From Yuukianura sp. NJ FZ-2021 (taxonomy: Eukaryota), in the NCBI GenBank assembly GCA_046563655.1, contig CM102284.1, positions 6,572,001 through 6,636,000 of the forward strand: a DNA stretch of 64,000 bases, read 5' to 3'. Every line of letters starts with the position of its first letter. The first letter of the stretch is position 1. Position numbers and translations under genes: made by a program. The notes below the pieces were generated by a model. It searched no databases and was not told the origin of the DNA. It was given only the letters and a program-made list of their open reading frames with translations. Below are positions 51,901-64,000 of this stretch, piece by piece.

Positions 51901-52518
51901 CTCCCACACGATTCTGCTTCCATGATGGTGTTCTTCGGGTGGGCCAACGGTGAACTTTTTCCCGAGTTTCCACATCTGAAGACTTGTCCCGCCCATGAGA
52001 AGGCGAAGTCCGTCCTGATCCCATGACAAGGAGTTGACACGACAATCACTCGTCAATGTACTCGTCTCTCGCCAACGATATCGAAAAAGCTGCAAATAAA
52101 GAACAATCAAGTTAGTAGTTAGTCCAGTAACCTTCAACTCAACAACATCAATCGTACTAAGAGAAGAGCTTATTACCGGATTCGGGTTATCCGGCTGTTT
52201 CGAAAATGTCGGTTCAAAGATCTTGATCTTGTTCTGGTACGCCGCAGCAATCTTTCCACATTCCGTTGAACAATGAACACAAGTAATTTGGACATCGCCA
52301 GGAATGATTTGAACTCGTTGAAAATCAAATGATAGGATGATCAGGTTACATCCTGAAGCATACGCCTAATCAATCAAACAGTTAGTTAAAAATCTGCCCT
52401 TTCAATATAGTAAGTAGTGTCCTCTTACCAAAAACGAAATATTGTCGATATTTCCCAGTGAAAATGACCTGTCACCCGAATTACAGGCTCCAGTCAATAT
52501 TTGGTGACACCCGCTCAT
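36903..52518 (-). CDS. DMXL2: DmX-like / Rabconnectin-3 alpha (WD40 + Rav1p_C), many exons
   Basis: Start MSGCHQILTGACNSGD, FATAGKFDRLVKVWY, LITSCLDKICRIW, MACHPVLPLVLT, Rav1p_C RWRKAALKNAYALLGKQRFEHAAAFFLLAG, FNFYIFLRTHPLL, C-terminal WD40s SGSQDGSVRLWE and FSCGSDGSVK. It is a co-orthologue of DMXL1/2. Confidence 0.95.
48653..49715 (+). CDS. Acyl-protein thioesterase / lysophospholipase (LYPLA1/2-like), copy 1, nested antisense in a DMXL intron
   Basis: KHTAT|IIFLHGLGDTG|HGW, ICPTA|PIAPVTINNGMRMPSWFDI, GGFSQGGALALY, QCHGDMDSVVP, YRGMDH (Ser-Asp-His triad). Confidence 0.92.
50279..51275 (+). CDS. Acyl-protein thioesterase / lysophospholipase (LYPLA1/2-like), copy 2, nested
   Basis: RQTAS|IIFLHGLGDSG, PVTLNQGIRMPAWFDL, GGFSQGGALALF, QCHGDEDETI, YPGLDH; same intron positions as copy 1, with a GC donor at 50800. 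Confidence 0.9.
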
Positions 52519-53947
52519 GACCTCCAACAACTCAATTAAAAACACAGCGGGTCACCGTTAATTCCGTCCCTCCCTCTTCCTTGTCCTTGTTTCAGGACTT
52601 ATGACGAATTATTCCAATCAGCTGATGGCCCCGTTCTGTATTAATGTTTACTTCCTACTATGTTGTTTCTGTTCCATAAACCACATTTTAATTAACTCAA
52701 TTACTTTACCGTTTACGTCATCTGGAAAATAGCACGAGTGCTTAGAGTGGGTGGATAAGATGTTCTCCTCCAACGGTAGAAGGCCTATGATTCACTTTTG
52801 ACAAGATATAAACAATAATATGTAACTGAATTCCAGAGAGATAAAGTTCAGAGATAAGCGGAGAAAATTAATCTCTCCGACTTGAAAGTTCCCTTCTCTT
52901 TTTTTCACACCGCCCTGAGACGAGGGAGTCACTAAACCACGTCCAGGAAGAAAGGTAAAAGAACGACAAATGATCTAAATATTTAGGTGAATAGGGCGGT
53001 GGTGGACCGTTCTTGTTAAAGGGCACGGAAGTTCTCCACGGTGCACCGTGCTGGTTATGTGTATCCACGGTGTTGGACTTTCACTCTGTGCCCACGAGTG
53101 TCCTTCCTTAGCTTTCATTCAGAACGGGGGAGGCTGCAGGAGAAAGTGATTTTTGGTGGTGCAAAATCCACAATTCAGCACTTTCTCCTTGGAGAATTCT
53201 TATTTTAGAAAGTTTCTAAGGGATATACGCAGAACTGCACTTGTCCTGCTCCAGTTTCCAGCTTGGAGCTTACGACGTATCCACAACTCTCCTTAATTCC
53301 TTTCCTGGTAGTCGCACTAGTACTAAAAACCTCTAAATGATTTTTTGGCAAGTAGTAATTTATCAATTATTAACACCTAAGCGCTCTCCTTCTCCAAAGG
53401 CTGGACGAAGCGAGTGAAAAGCCATGCTTTCCTGGAGAAAAACAGATTTGAGTAATTTATACATGCTCCTTTCTCCGTTTCTTTTGTTGCGATTGCGAAC
53501 GTCACGAAATGTTTAACAATTTATCTGGAGCGGAGGATCAGGATGTTAATCAATTATCCAAATGCCGGAAGCGTTTTAGGTGTAATCAAAACTTACTTGT
53601 AGCGTAGCTCATTCCCCTATGAATAAAATAAACAATTCTCACAACTTGAGAACTTTTTTAGGTACAGTAAATCAAAATTCTCAAATTCAATTTTAAAAGT
53701 TTTTAAAGAGAATTGGAATTTCAAAAGAATTAGAGCTTACGGAATTTTTTTTTTGCTTTCCCCGGGTCACATAATCCGCGGATTCCGCTTTTTAGTCACC
53801 ACTCCTTTGTTTACATTGGAATTGGAAAGGGGATGAGAGATGAGTACAATACCCTGTTTTTCTTAGTTCCAGAACATATCCAGGGTTTATCGTTGGGTCC
53901 CCGAACTTCGGGGGGTAGTTATTAATTGAAAACTATTTACCGATAAC

Positions 53948-55230
53948 ATGACTGACACAGCTGTTCAGAAGATACAGGTAATCGATTGATTCTAATTACT
54001 TTCACTGCGTAACATTACTTCATGTTCGTTTTGAAATAACGATTTTAAATTTCTTTGGAATGTAATAGGATTGCTTGAAAAATATTCAGTACTTGGTGGG
54101 TCAAATTGCCACGGAACACGCAAAAACTGAACCAACTCTGACGGCAATTAACAAATTACATGAAAAGGGCCGAGAAAGTGACAAATTAAGTCACGCCAAT
54201 AAGGTAAAGCCTGGTATTTTTAAAGTTAATGTGATGTTTCCCCGTGTGCAATGGTAAATGTTAATTGTGTTCCAGGTGAAACTGAAAGGCTACTACGCGA
54301 CGGCGCTGACTGAGGCAAACAGCGAAGAGGCTCTGGTTCGTCAAGCGCTGGAAAAGATCTACGAAATCCGGGCAATTAAGCATGAACGACGGCTTCAAGC
54401 CAAACTTGCTGGAACTGGGAACAAGGAAACTCTACGTCGAGGTCACATCATGAAAATGTTGCTGACCTCTGCTCAAGTTCTACCGCTTTGGATTGGTGAA
54501 ACTGCCCAAGAAAAACCACCGCAACTCTGCGGAGCAATCGGTCCAGATCCCAATTACGTGGCAAAGGTTAACTCAACTATTAAGTGAAAACATTTTTTGA
54601 GGTTCACGTGATTCATCAATTGATTTTTGCTTTTAGGTAGGTGACATGGTTGCAGCCCTTGTACGATCACCGGATGGAGATGACAACTGGATCTTGGCTG
54701 AAGTACTGCGTTATAATGCGACTGCCCAGAAATACGAATTGGATGACATTGACGAAGAACAGAAAGAAATGTTGACACTTCCACGGAAGAGTGTCATTCC
54801 TTTACCTCTGCTTCGAGCCAATCCGGAAACTAATCCGGAAGCGTTGTTCAGAAACGATACGCTGAGTAAGTAAGCTAAGTGTTTTACCAGTCATTGAAAT
54901 TGTATGATTTTTATGAAAATTGTACCTTCCAGCGTTAGCACTGTATCCCCAGACGACATGCTTCTACAAAGCGATTGTAACTGGAGTTCCCACTCGCCAC
55001 GACGCTGAATACGAAGTGCAGTTTGAAGACAATGTAAGTCGTGATACGTTTGTTCAAAAATAGCTTGTTCTAAAAACTGTTTTGAAATTGTGATATTGTG
55101 AATTTACTATTTTTGCACATACTCATTTTAGACATACTCTGAAGGCTACTCCCCTCCGCTAAAAGTGGCCCAGCGATATGTCATTGCTTATCCAACAACT
55201 CGCGTTCCAAAGAAGAAGCTACTCAATTGA
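53948..55230 (+). CDS. SGF29: SAGA-associated factor 29 (tandem Tudor)
   Basis: LRRGHIMKML, LPLWIG...PPQLCGAI, GDMVAALV...NWILAEV, YELDDIDEEQKE, IPLPLLRANPETNPEALF, ALYPQTTCFYKA, FEDN|TYSEGYSPPLKVAQRYV. Confidence 0.95.
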
Positions 55231-55406
55231 AACTGGATCAACCACTTAAAGAGACAAGAAAGGCGAAATGTGTTAAGTTTTCAGTATTGTATTTTACACT
55301 AGTAAACGGCTCCACTTCTGTCAAACGTGTTTATCATGGCTAAATTCAATTACTTGACTACACAGCAGGATTGGCAGTTGACGATTACACGCGGTTCAGT
55401 AGTTTT

Positions 55407-56229
55407 CTACTTTAGTTCTGCAGCGGTCCTGGTCGTGTCGACATGACCACCGCCAAAAATTGACTGGTTAAACCCAGCATCCACATACTCGCTTGCCTTC
55501 GTTTTCGTCTGAAGTGATGGATAATCAGCGTCACCTATAAATAAAAAGGGGAAAAATTGATAAAGACTAGGTATGGAAAAGCTGTATAATTTATAACTTT
55601 CTAGTGGCTGACCTGGAAAGGCTGACTTATGGTTAGTAACAACTCGCCAACTGGCATGGGAGTACCATGTCTAAAAAGATAAATAAAAACGTTTAGCAAA
55701 AGAGAAAATCAGGGACCTCTGCATCCGTGTCCGGCTTAGATTAACTTACATGAGTGTTGTATTTGAAGTAGTAGAATCCCATATACGCAAGTGTAATTCC
55801 CAACAGTATTTTTCCAGTGTAGTATCTGAACATCCATTGAACCTGTGGTTCCTAGAAAGCAACAAACACAGACAAACAGTGAAACACTTTGTTCAATATT
55901 CAAAATCTGCTCAATTCCAACCTTGTCAATACCTTAATTGGAAGAATCTTGTAGAACAGAAGATCCAGCGGTTTTCGGTACATTCGTCGAATGGGATTCA
56001 TAAGGTCAGGATGGTCCTTTGGGATTAGCTTCGGTTCTCGTCCAGAAATAATTTGATCCTTGAGCCATTTCTTCCGCCATTCACGTTCTTCAACGGTCAT
56101 GCCCTCAAGACGATACCATTCCGAAACGGTTCTGCCAGTGATTGACAAAGGTTTTACTCCAGCCGTTGAACTTTGCTCCGATACCACGACCGAGCTGCCA
56201 CCAGCTTTCGGGGGAGTTGCTCCCGTCAT
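55407..56229 (-). CDS. NDUFB6: NADH dehydrogenase 1 beta subcomplex subunit 6 (B17), 4 exons
   Basis: TAGVKPLSITGR...GMTVEEREWRKKWLKDQ, LMNPIRRMYRKPLD, single TM ending YYFKYN, W...WRV...PG, YVDAGF. Confidence 0.88.
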
Positions 56230-56457
56230 CGTGCTTGATTAGCTAAACTGTTAGACACCAATTTTAATCAACTAATTAATCAGCTGTTAAATAAAAACAA
56301 CAGACGAGGCAATGGATGGATTTTTTCAGGAAAAAAAAAAGAAATGAAACAAGGATTTTTTTTTCAATTCAAAATACTCAAAGTCCCGCCAACAAATTTT
56401 TTTGGTTCCGAGCTGTCTCAAAAACCAAAAAATTTTTGAAAGAAATTCAGAGGGAAA
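56230..56457. promoter_or_regulatory. Probable bidirectional promoter for NDUFB6 and NDUFA5
   Basis: Only 228 bp separate the two divergent start codons. Confidence 0.65.
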
Positions 56458-57277
56458 ATGGCTTCAGGCGCAGCTGGAACGATAATTAAAAAGGTAAGAA
56501 CGATTTTTAATTAATTAGCTGTTAATTGGCATGCAAATTAGTGATACTCTGTTGTATATGAGTGCCAGAGTTGCATTGGTTAAGCATCATTACACAGACA
56601 GGTTCCTGAATGTTGATTTGGGACTAAATTATTGCCTTGAAGTTCAAGGCTTGAACTGTTTCGTAGAATTTGTGTTTATGTTTTTGCGGAAACGATTTTT
56701 TTTTGTAAAGATCTGTCAATTAATCATTAATCCTATGATTAAGAAAGCTAATGTTATGTTCATGTATAATGTAATTGCTAATCACCTAAGCAATTACACA
56801 AATCAGGAGTCATTTAGCCAAGGTTGCGGAAATCGCTGATTCTAATTTGTGATTTTGTTTTAGACGACTGGGCTGACGGGATTGGCCGTGGCTAGAAAGC
56901 CACACCACACCCTAAGCGTTCTCTATGGGAAGATCCTTCGAGCGCTGCAACAAATGCCAAACGATGCTCCTTACAGGAAGTACACCGAACAAATAGTCAA
57001 CGAAAGATTTCAACATGTGAAAAGTGTAAGCTGTCCACCCATGTAACTTGGTAATATTTGGTTGACATTAACATGCAGGAGCCATTCAAGTTCGTATCCT
57101 GTCTTTTAGGAACCAGATGTCGCCAAGCTGGAGAAGCTCGTGGGCTGTGGTCAAGCCGAAGAACTTATCCTGCAAGCCGAGAATGAGCTAGTTCTTGCCC
57201 GGAAAATGCTGGAATGGAGAGCATGGGAGCCGTTGGTGAAGGACCCCCCACCAAATCAGTGGAAGTGGCCCATTTAG
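56458..57277 (+). CDS. NDUFA5: NADH dehydrogenase 1 alpha subcomplex subunit 5 (B13); exons 56458-56493, 56864-57025, 57110-57277
   Basis: Not in the ORF track. Spliced translation [48 protein letters not shown]...|[55 protein letters not shown]. Confidence 0.95.
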
Positions 57278-58192
57278 ACACACTCCCATTCGCCGTAAAT
57301 TGTTCACTGTCATCACTTTAGCATTCTAAATCCTAGTAATCAGCCATTATCTGTTGCCCACGCGCAGTCAGTCAGTTACTCTGGGCTAAAATTAAAAGTT
57401 TAGTCAATTCCTGGTACAAGCAGTACTGCTAATTTCCAAATCAAGATTCATTTTTATTTTCTAAAGAGTTTTATAATCGTTTCATCATCATTAGCCTTAC
57501 ACAGAATACGGTTTAACAAGATTACTACAGTAATTGTAAACGTAATACGTTATAAGTATCAAGGACTCATATTTTCAAAGTTTTCATTTTCAAGAATACT
57601 GGGGCGGCTCTAATTTTCTTTATCCCGGAACCAGACTACGAGCAGCACAAGTTGTAAAATTGAAATAATATTTTCCAGACTACACAGATTAGGTTGGTTA
57701 GGTTAGTCTACTAGGCTTAAATTAGGTTTTATGATTATGAGATGTGTACTTGACACGAACAGAAACAAAAGGAAAAGTTACGTCGTCCTCATTCATTCCG
57801 CTTAAATGTCAACAATTATCCCACAACTTACTAAAAGTACTTTAACTTTTACCAAAACTAAAACCAATTAGATTAATGGAGATAGGAGGAGGAGAAAGTT
57901 TCCGAAAATGGTAAGATTAGCAACTTTCTAATTTTGAAATTATAACTTTTGTTTTTACAAATTAGAAATTAATTTTTAATTTATTTTTTGGAAAGTTACA
58001 GGCATGGAATAAATTTGGAGTTCTAAAGAAGTTGGCTTATGCTCTTTAACAATTTTGAACTGAAGAAGAAGATTGACAACAAATTTTTAAATGTTTAAGT
58101 ATCCATCTCTGACGCTTTTTATACAACGAATGGATCAAGTAATGAGTTGACTGTTGCAAATTTTTTCATTCCAGGATTCCAAAATCTCTGAT

Positions 58193-61100
58193 TCATCGCC
58201 TACGCTTTTTGCCCAGTCCAAGATTAGTTCCCATCCGAGTTCGACTTTCCGGATTTTGCGATATCGGAAAAAAACTTCGGATTTTCTTCAGTCCCAATAC
58301 GCCGGATGCTCGTGGTTTCCATTCTGGAGTTGATGCGGGTGACAACTGATAGGATGACGCTAATGCTTTCTCTGCAACAGACAAAGACCAAGCACAAGAT
58401 TAATGTTCTGCTTTTAGTAACTTTTAAGGTATCCCTCAAATCTCTACATTCAACTAATTTCTGCTATTCAAAGCACAAATACTCAACCATTTTGTATCTT
58501 TTCCAGAATTTCTTCGTAGTCATGTCAAGGTCAACCGAATCGTGTGGAAATCCCTACAAATGTTTTGTGCCTTCGCATTGAAGATGAAATTGGATCAAAT
58601 TCCGTTACACCGAAAATGTGAGAAGAACAAAGCTTCTGTGATTTCCGAAAGTAATTGGGTTAACTTCTGGTTAGTTTCTGATTTATTTTAGGCCATTCCC
58701 GAGAGATACACGCCCACTCCATTTTCAATTTGAGGTGCTATGTTGCTTGAAAGTTGCAGTGTTTCCGTCATGTCACTTTCAATTACATGTCATCAACTGA
58801 TAATAATTCAAAATGACACTTTACGTCGGAAACGTTTTACCTTCTACTCAGAAAGTACCCAAAACTCCCGTTTTAATGTTTTAGCATGTTGCATTTAATT
58901 CATTATTTAGGTTCCAGCGTTGATTCGATTACTCTGTACTAACCGAAATAGACTTTTTTGTGTCATCAAGTGAAATGTGTCGTTTCGCCCAACTTTACTT
59001 ATAGTACTTGGGAAGCATCAACTAGACTCCAATTTCATAAAACTGGTTCATGACATGACAAGGTACAAAAGTGAAAGTATGATTACATTTGAAATGATAG
59101 TTTCAAAAAGTTATAAAAACGTAAGCCAATTAACACCCAGAATGATAATAAGTTTCAGCTTAAGGGAATTGATTTGGAATTCAGGAAATCATGAACCTAA
59201 TTTTGCAATTTTCACTTTCTCCGGAAATGGACACACCTTTCACCCCAATTTCTGGCAATTTTAGACAATTTCCCGAACTTTCTTGAAATTTTAGTTTGGA
59301 GAGTTAAAATTTCTAAAAGTTTTTTTTATTACCAGGAGATGCTGGACCGCTGGACTCTTCATTGTCATCTCTCTGTTGACTCCCATTGTCCAAATCCTCT
59401 CCATCTTCATCTCCACTTCCTTTTTGCAATGCTTCCAAGTTTTCTCGGAGGTGGTGAAAGAACTTCTCCATGTTACTCAAAGCACCTAAGCACAATCCCA
59501 AAAGTCATCAAATCCTAAAGCATCTTTCACTTTCGCCCAAAAACAGGAGTAACTCATCTCATTTCCACTTTTCCGAAAAAAAACGTGGAAAGTCTTTTTT
59601 GAAACTTTGGTACGGTCAACAAGTCAACGACTTTGAAGTGAAAGCTACCCACACTCAAATTCACTCCAAAGTCAAAAGTCGTAAGAGTTGAAGTCATCAA
59701 CTCAACCAAACCCTTGGCGTCAGTGTAGGACTTTGGTAAAGTACGAGATTAGATTTTAAAATAGAAAAGAAAACAACCAAAAACAGTGAAGAACAAACTA
59801 AAAACGTAGGATTTTGCCAATTACTGAAAGTCTTTACTAAATTAACAATTCCTTTGTCAATTTTACGTCGTCATTCTTAAGATCTAAAGAGAAAGTTTGC
59901 TTTTTTTAGAAGCTTGTTTCATTTTTTGAACCTTTCTTTACAAAACTTAATTTTTAATGATGAAAATTTCGAAATAAGATTTGAATCTTGTAGGAACAAA
60001 GAGAAAGTCTATTTTTTTAAATTTCAAAAGTATTTATACATTTTCTTGCTAAAGTTTTCGTAGAATTTTTTTTTGTCTTTTCGATCACATTAGCAAAGCT
60101 TTCCCTCGTCTGGCTTCGGAATAACTTTCTCTTTTGGATTTGGACAAAAACGGAAATAATGTCTATAAACAAAGCCAATTTCCTAAGAATATGAAGGTTA
60201 TTAAAAGTGAAAGCTTAGGGTTTATTTATTTAAGCGAATCTAGGAATTGCTTGCCCTGTGTATTCCATTACTGAACGTCGTAATAAGATTAGGCCAGGAA
60301 AAAAATTATTTTAGGTAGCTCAACCAATATTCGGCTAAGAAAATTCTGAAGCTAGTGAAAATTCCGCGTTCTGGAAATGTACGAAAAAGAGAAAACTAAA
60401 AAAAAATGGAAAATTAAGATATACGCAAATGCCAAATGGTTTCAGGTCGTGAATTTGAAACTAAGTAATTAAAAAAGGAAAAGAAAAAGATCTTCACTGT
60501 AACAATTTCTTTAGATTAGGCTAACCTAACGAATCTTAGCGTAACCTAACCTCTTGGTGTATTAGGTTATCCACCTTAGCCTAACCTGAAGGCCGCAACC
60601 TTGCTTTCTTCTGTCTCAGTGAAAGCAAAGTACAACTTTTTTATCAATCGTCATGGTTTTTAATCTCTTGTGGTTTTTAGTTTTAAAAGACTTTCTCTTT
60701 TATTAAAAAGCGAAGAAAGTAAAAAACCCTCAGGACGTCTGTCTTAAGCCAACCGAAAGCAGAGAGTAATTGAGTTTTTGGGGCGTTTTTAGTTTTGATA
60801 AGAACAGACGTGGGGTACTTACGAGCACTGATGTAAGGTGTGAACGTAGGCGAGTCAGAGTTGACTTCTCCACCATTGTCACTGTCCAGTCGACTCAAAA
60901 GTCTCTCCATGCTGGCATCGGAGGTCGGAAGTTCAGGGCCGCCTATTCTGCTTGCTGGAACGGAGGGGGACCCTTGATGGAACTTGAGTAGTCGCTGATT
61001 GGACAAGTACTTGTGAGTGTACGAAGGGTGACGCAGGAACGGCAGACGACCAATGTCCAGTTGCTGTGGAGAATGAAGTAGCGGCACTCTGGAGGATCTC

Positions 61101-64000
61101 GTATGCTCCAACGTTGGTGGTTTTATTTCGCCTGGAAAAGCATAAAAAACGGTAAATTTTACAGGTCAGAGGTCAACATTCCTCTGAACATTAAAAAAAA
61201 CTCTGTCGAAATTGAATTTTTTTAGCAAAAGTGAAAGTTCAAACAACAGAACTTGAACTGAAATATTTTTTCTTTAAATTGAGATTCTAAATTTTCCTTT
61301 TGAGTTTTTCTAATACAAAGTGCTTCAGTTGCAAATTTGGCGTTATAAGTTCGCATGCTTCTTTAGGCTTCGTGCATCAAATTCCTCTAAAGATTAGGTC
61401 AAGCACTCTTGACTTCCGGAAAAACTTGCTTCAAAGTATCATTTTTATTGAAAATTTTTGAAAAAAATGAAACTTATTTTTGAATTTAGAGGAAATTCAA
61501 ATTTTTTGATCACAAAGTGCCTCAATAGAGTCCTTAAGTGGTTCTAAGCCATCTATCAGCCCTGTCAAGTCCAGTGACCAACCGCCCACTTGGGTGTCCA
61601 AAGTTTCTATTGAATCTGGACATAATGTCAACGTCTAAATAACTGTTTTAGAAAGAGATGAAGCGACAGTTTAATGTGGTTTATTTTAAAATTAAAAGTC
61701 AGGTTCAGGCTACAGAAGGTCCACAAAAGCAGCTTAATTCAAAGTGTTAACATTTGTATCTGAGTTAGAATTTGGTCTTTTACTGTACGCTTCCAGTCCA
61801 ACTCAAGGCTGGTTAACTTTCTAAATGTCAAAATGACCAATTCATGGACCCCTAATGTTCAAAATTTCGAATTTTGAAAACTTTCTGCTCAAAATACAAA
61901 ACTTTTCTCAATATTTTCCAAGACGCGTGTGAACTTTGACCCGAACTTTCACCTACGAAAATGAAATTTTACTTTGAGCACTGTTGGATTATTCTTAGAA
62001 CACTTCGAAGTTTTGTCTGTTCTTGTTGAAATGTAAAATGCAACTTTTAATTGATATTTGTCGTTTTTAAAAAAAATTGAAAAAAAAAAGTTTTACAGAA
62101 ACACCCACGTTGTTGTTCTTAGGATCAATGCTTTCACGTTAACTTTAACGACCGCCTAGAGACGTCGGCGTCACATTCGTTAGTCGTTGTAGGTGTTAAC
62201 GCAAGTAGGTGAGTAGAACACAAACAAAGGTTCTGACTAATCAGTAGTGTTAATTAGTCCCAAATTGTTAATTACTAAAAATACGCCCTATTTCAATTCT
62301 TGCGAAGTCTGTAATTTTGTCTTTTCATGAATTCGCTCTTAACGAGGTGTCTGATCCATCGTCACGTTCTGAGAAGGAATTGGAAAATCATTGACAAAAT
62401 TCCTGAGTTGACGCTTTTGTCTGCCCAGTTTGTGTCAAAGTCACTTGACTCTTGTGTCAAAGTCATTTCACAAATGTAATATTGTGTCAAAGGTGAAAGT
62501 TCAAGTAACTAACTAATCATAGTCATGGAGTTTAAATGTTATGTTAGTTTGTGTGTTTAATTGGCATTGAACTACAAAAGGATGGTAATTAGGCATGGAT
62601 TGGATTTCTCTTATTTAGACTTTCTCTTCCTATGCACTTTCCAGAAAACCTTGTGTTTTTCTGTTTTCTCTTTGAAAAAGTTAGGCTAATATGCATAAGA
62701 GAATAGAAATAGAAAGCAGTTGTAATTTGGAACACGCGTCAGACAAGTCAAGTGAAGTCATCGTTCCTGTTCTGGCTCCGGTATACCAATGTTTTCTTAA
62801 ATTAAAAATTTAACTATTCAATCCTAATCTCCAAAATCGACTTGGGCTTTTGAGCTTCTTCATTTCCCTCAGCCAATATTAATTTCCCGTCGTCAATTTT
62901 TCGTCCACGAGGAATAACTAAATTTCTAAATTCCAAAAGAGTCAAAGGCCTTAAGGTTTGAACGTTTTGGAGAAAGTTAAAAAACTGTTGAACAGCTTGA
63001 CATTTTGAAAACTATTTTGTACTTTTCAATTTTCAATTTCAACAGGTTGTTGCTAGACCCGCAAAACGGATGTACCTTATTTTCTCCTGCTTTTTTTTTT
63101 TCAAAAAAAAATGAAGGAAAAAAAGCACAAAAGTGAAAGCGTACAAAACTTTTTTTCAGCAAAATAAATTTCTAAACTAAAAGTGCAGGTTTTCGCTACT
63201 CCTTTTTTTAAAAGTTAAATGTTAGTTGCGCATTAAAAACGCTTCAGGTCAAAACTTAGTTAGTCAACGTTCATGTTACATGAAAGCGAAAACTGTAACT
63301 TTTACATTTTGAGGCTAAAAAAAACTTCGAACATTTGCGAAAAAATTTTATGAGGTTCCCTTTAAACCAAAGTCCTAAAAACGAAGCAAAAATTTGGCAT
63401 TCCATTTCAAAATGAAACTTTTTTTTGCAAACTTGTGCTCAAAGGTGAATGAGAGTTGCTTAGAAAAACAAAAAAAAGAGAAAGTTAGTGAAAGTTTTGA
63501 ATTGAAAAAGGAATGAAGAGGGGATCCTCACCCTTCTTAGGATGAACACGAAAGGTATAGCCACCTAATCGAACATCTTTTCCTAGAAAACCATAAGTAG
63601 CAGCAAATCACGATTTCTCACAAAGACAAAAAACGAAAACCTCCGGTATAGAACATCAAAAAGAACGAAAAATTTTCAAAATTGAGTTTTCCAAACTCAT
63701 TTATAGCTTTTTTCCGGTGTAACTTGTAAAACTAGGTTGACACGGAACTAAAACGCTCTTATGCTGGTCAATTGCAACCACACGCAATTCATTCTGGCCA
63801 AAAAACTTTACTCAACTTTCACCCACATTTTCCTTGTTCTTACAAACGAAATGATGTCATTTCTTAATTGAAATTTCTTAGAATTTTTTTTTGAAAAAAC
63901 GAAATGTCAAAGTGATTAAAATGTAAAGGTTTTACCGTCATTATAGATGGAAGCAAGATGTCCGTGTCCAACGGGGAGCCAAACAAGATTTCCCACAAGG
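58193..64000 (-). CDS. Putative secreted neuropeptide-precursor-like protein, 5' end off the right edge; exons >64000-63936, 61131-60823, 59485-59333, possible microexon 59251-59237, 58371-58193
   Basis: All junctions are phase-1 GT-AG and keep one frame: ...LVGNLVWLPVGHGHLASIYNDG|EIKPP...PYISA|RALSNMEKFFHHLRENLEAL...SP|EIGVK|EKALASS...KKIRSFF...MGTNLGLGKKRRR*. Confidence 0.55.

Noticed and set aside
52868-53068. 66-aa ORF with a PPPY motif between DMXL and SGF29
   Set aside because: GTG start and no splice link to a coding exon; likely leader or promoter sequence.
58490-58750. Extra candidate exons (GFPHDSVDLDMTTKKFWKRYKM; APQIENGVGVYLSGMA*) for the right-hand gene
   Set aside because: The first is phase 0 and incompatible with the phase-1 chain. 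The second is a possible alternative end but has no independent support.
60520-60600. TAACC/GGTTA-like repeats (also near 7045-7085 and 57690) as telomeric sequence
   Set aside because: Few degenerate units; common low-complexity or transposon-internal motif, not a TTAGG array.

Overview
A compact, AT-rich animal genome segment with mostly 55-90 bp spliceosomal introns. A ZAD-domain gene and insect-like orthologues point to an arthropod, probably a hexapod (inference). All family assignments rest on motifs recalled from memory; no database search was run. Gene order: partial ZAD zinc-finger gene (-); divergent thickveins-like BMP type I receptor (+); headless, internally duplicated SAS-6-like coiled-coil protein (-); foldback/MITE; tRNA-Leu(CAG); two tandem CYP2-clan P450s lacking the I-helix acid-alcohol pair (-); secreted GQSAG carboxylesterase (-); FUNDC with two alternative last exons (+); kelch (+); METTL7-like methyltransferase (-); INPP5A with an intronic hAT-type MITE (-); Rabconnectin-3alpha/DMXL (-) hosting two nested acyl-protein thioesterase genes (+); SGF29 (+); head-to-head NDUFB6 (-) and NDUFA5 (+); and a partial multi-exon secreted, neuropeptide-precursor-like gene (-). 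Best novelty candidates: the SAS-6-derived rod protein, the atypical P450 pair beside the esterase, the divergent receptor and the candidate prohormone.
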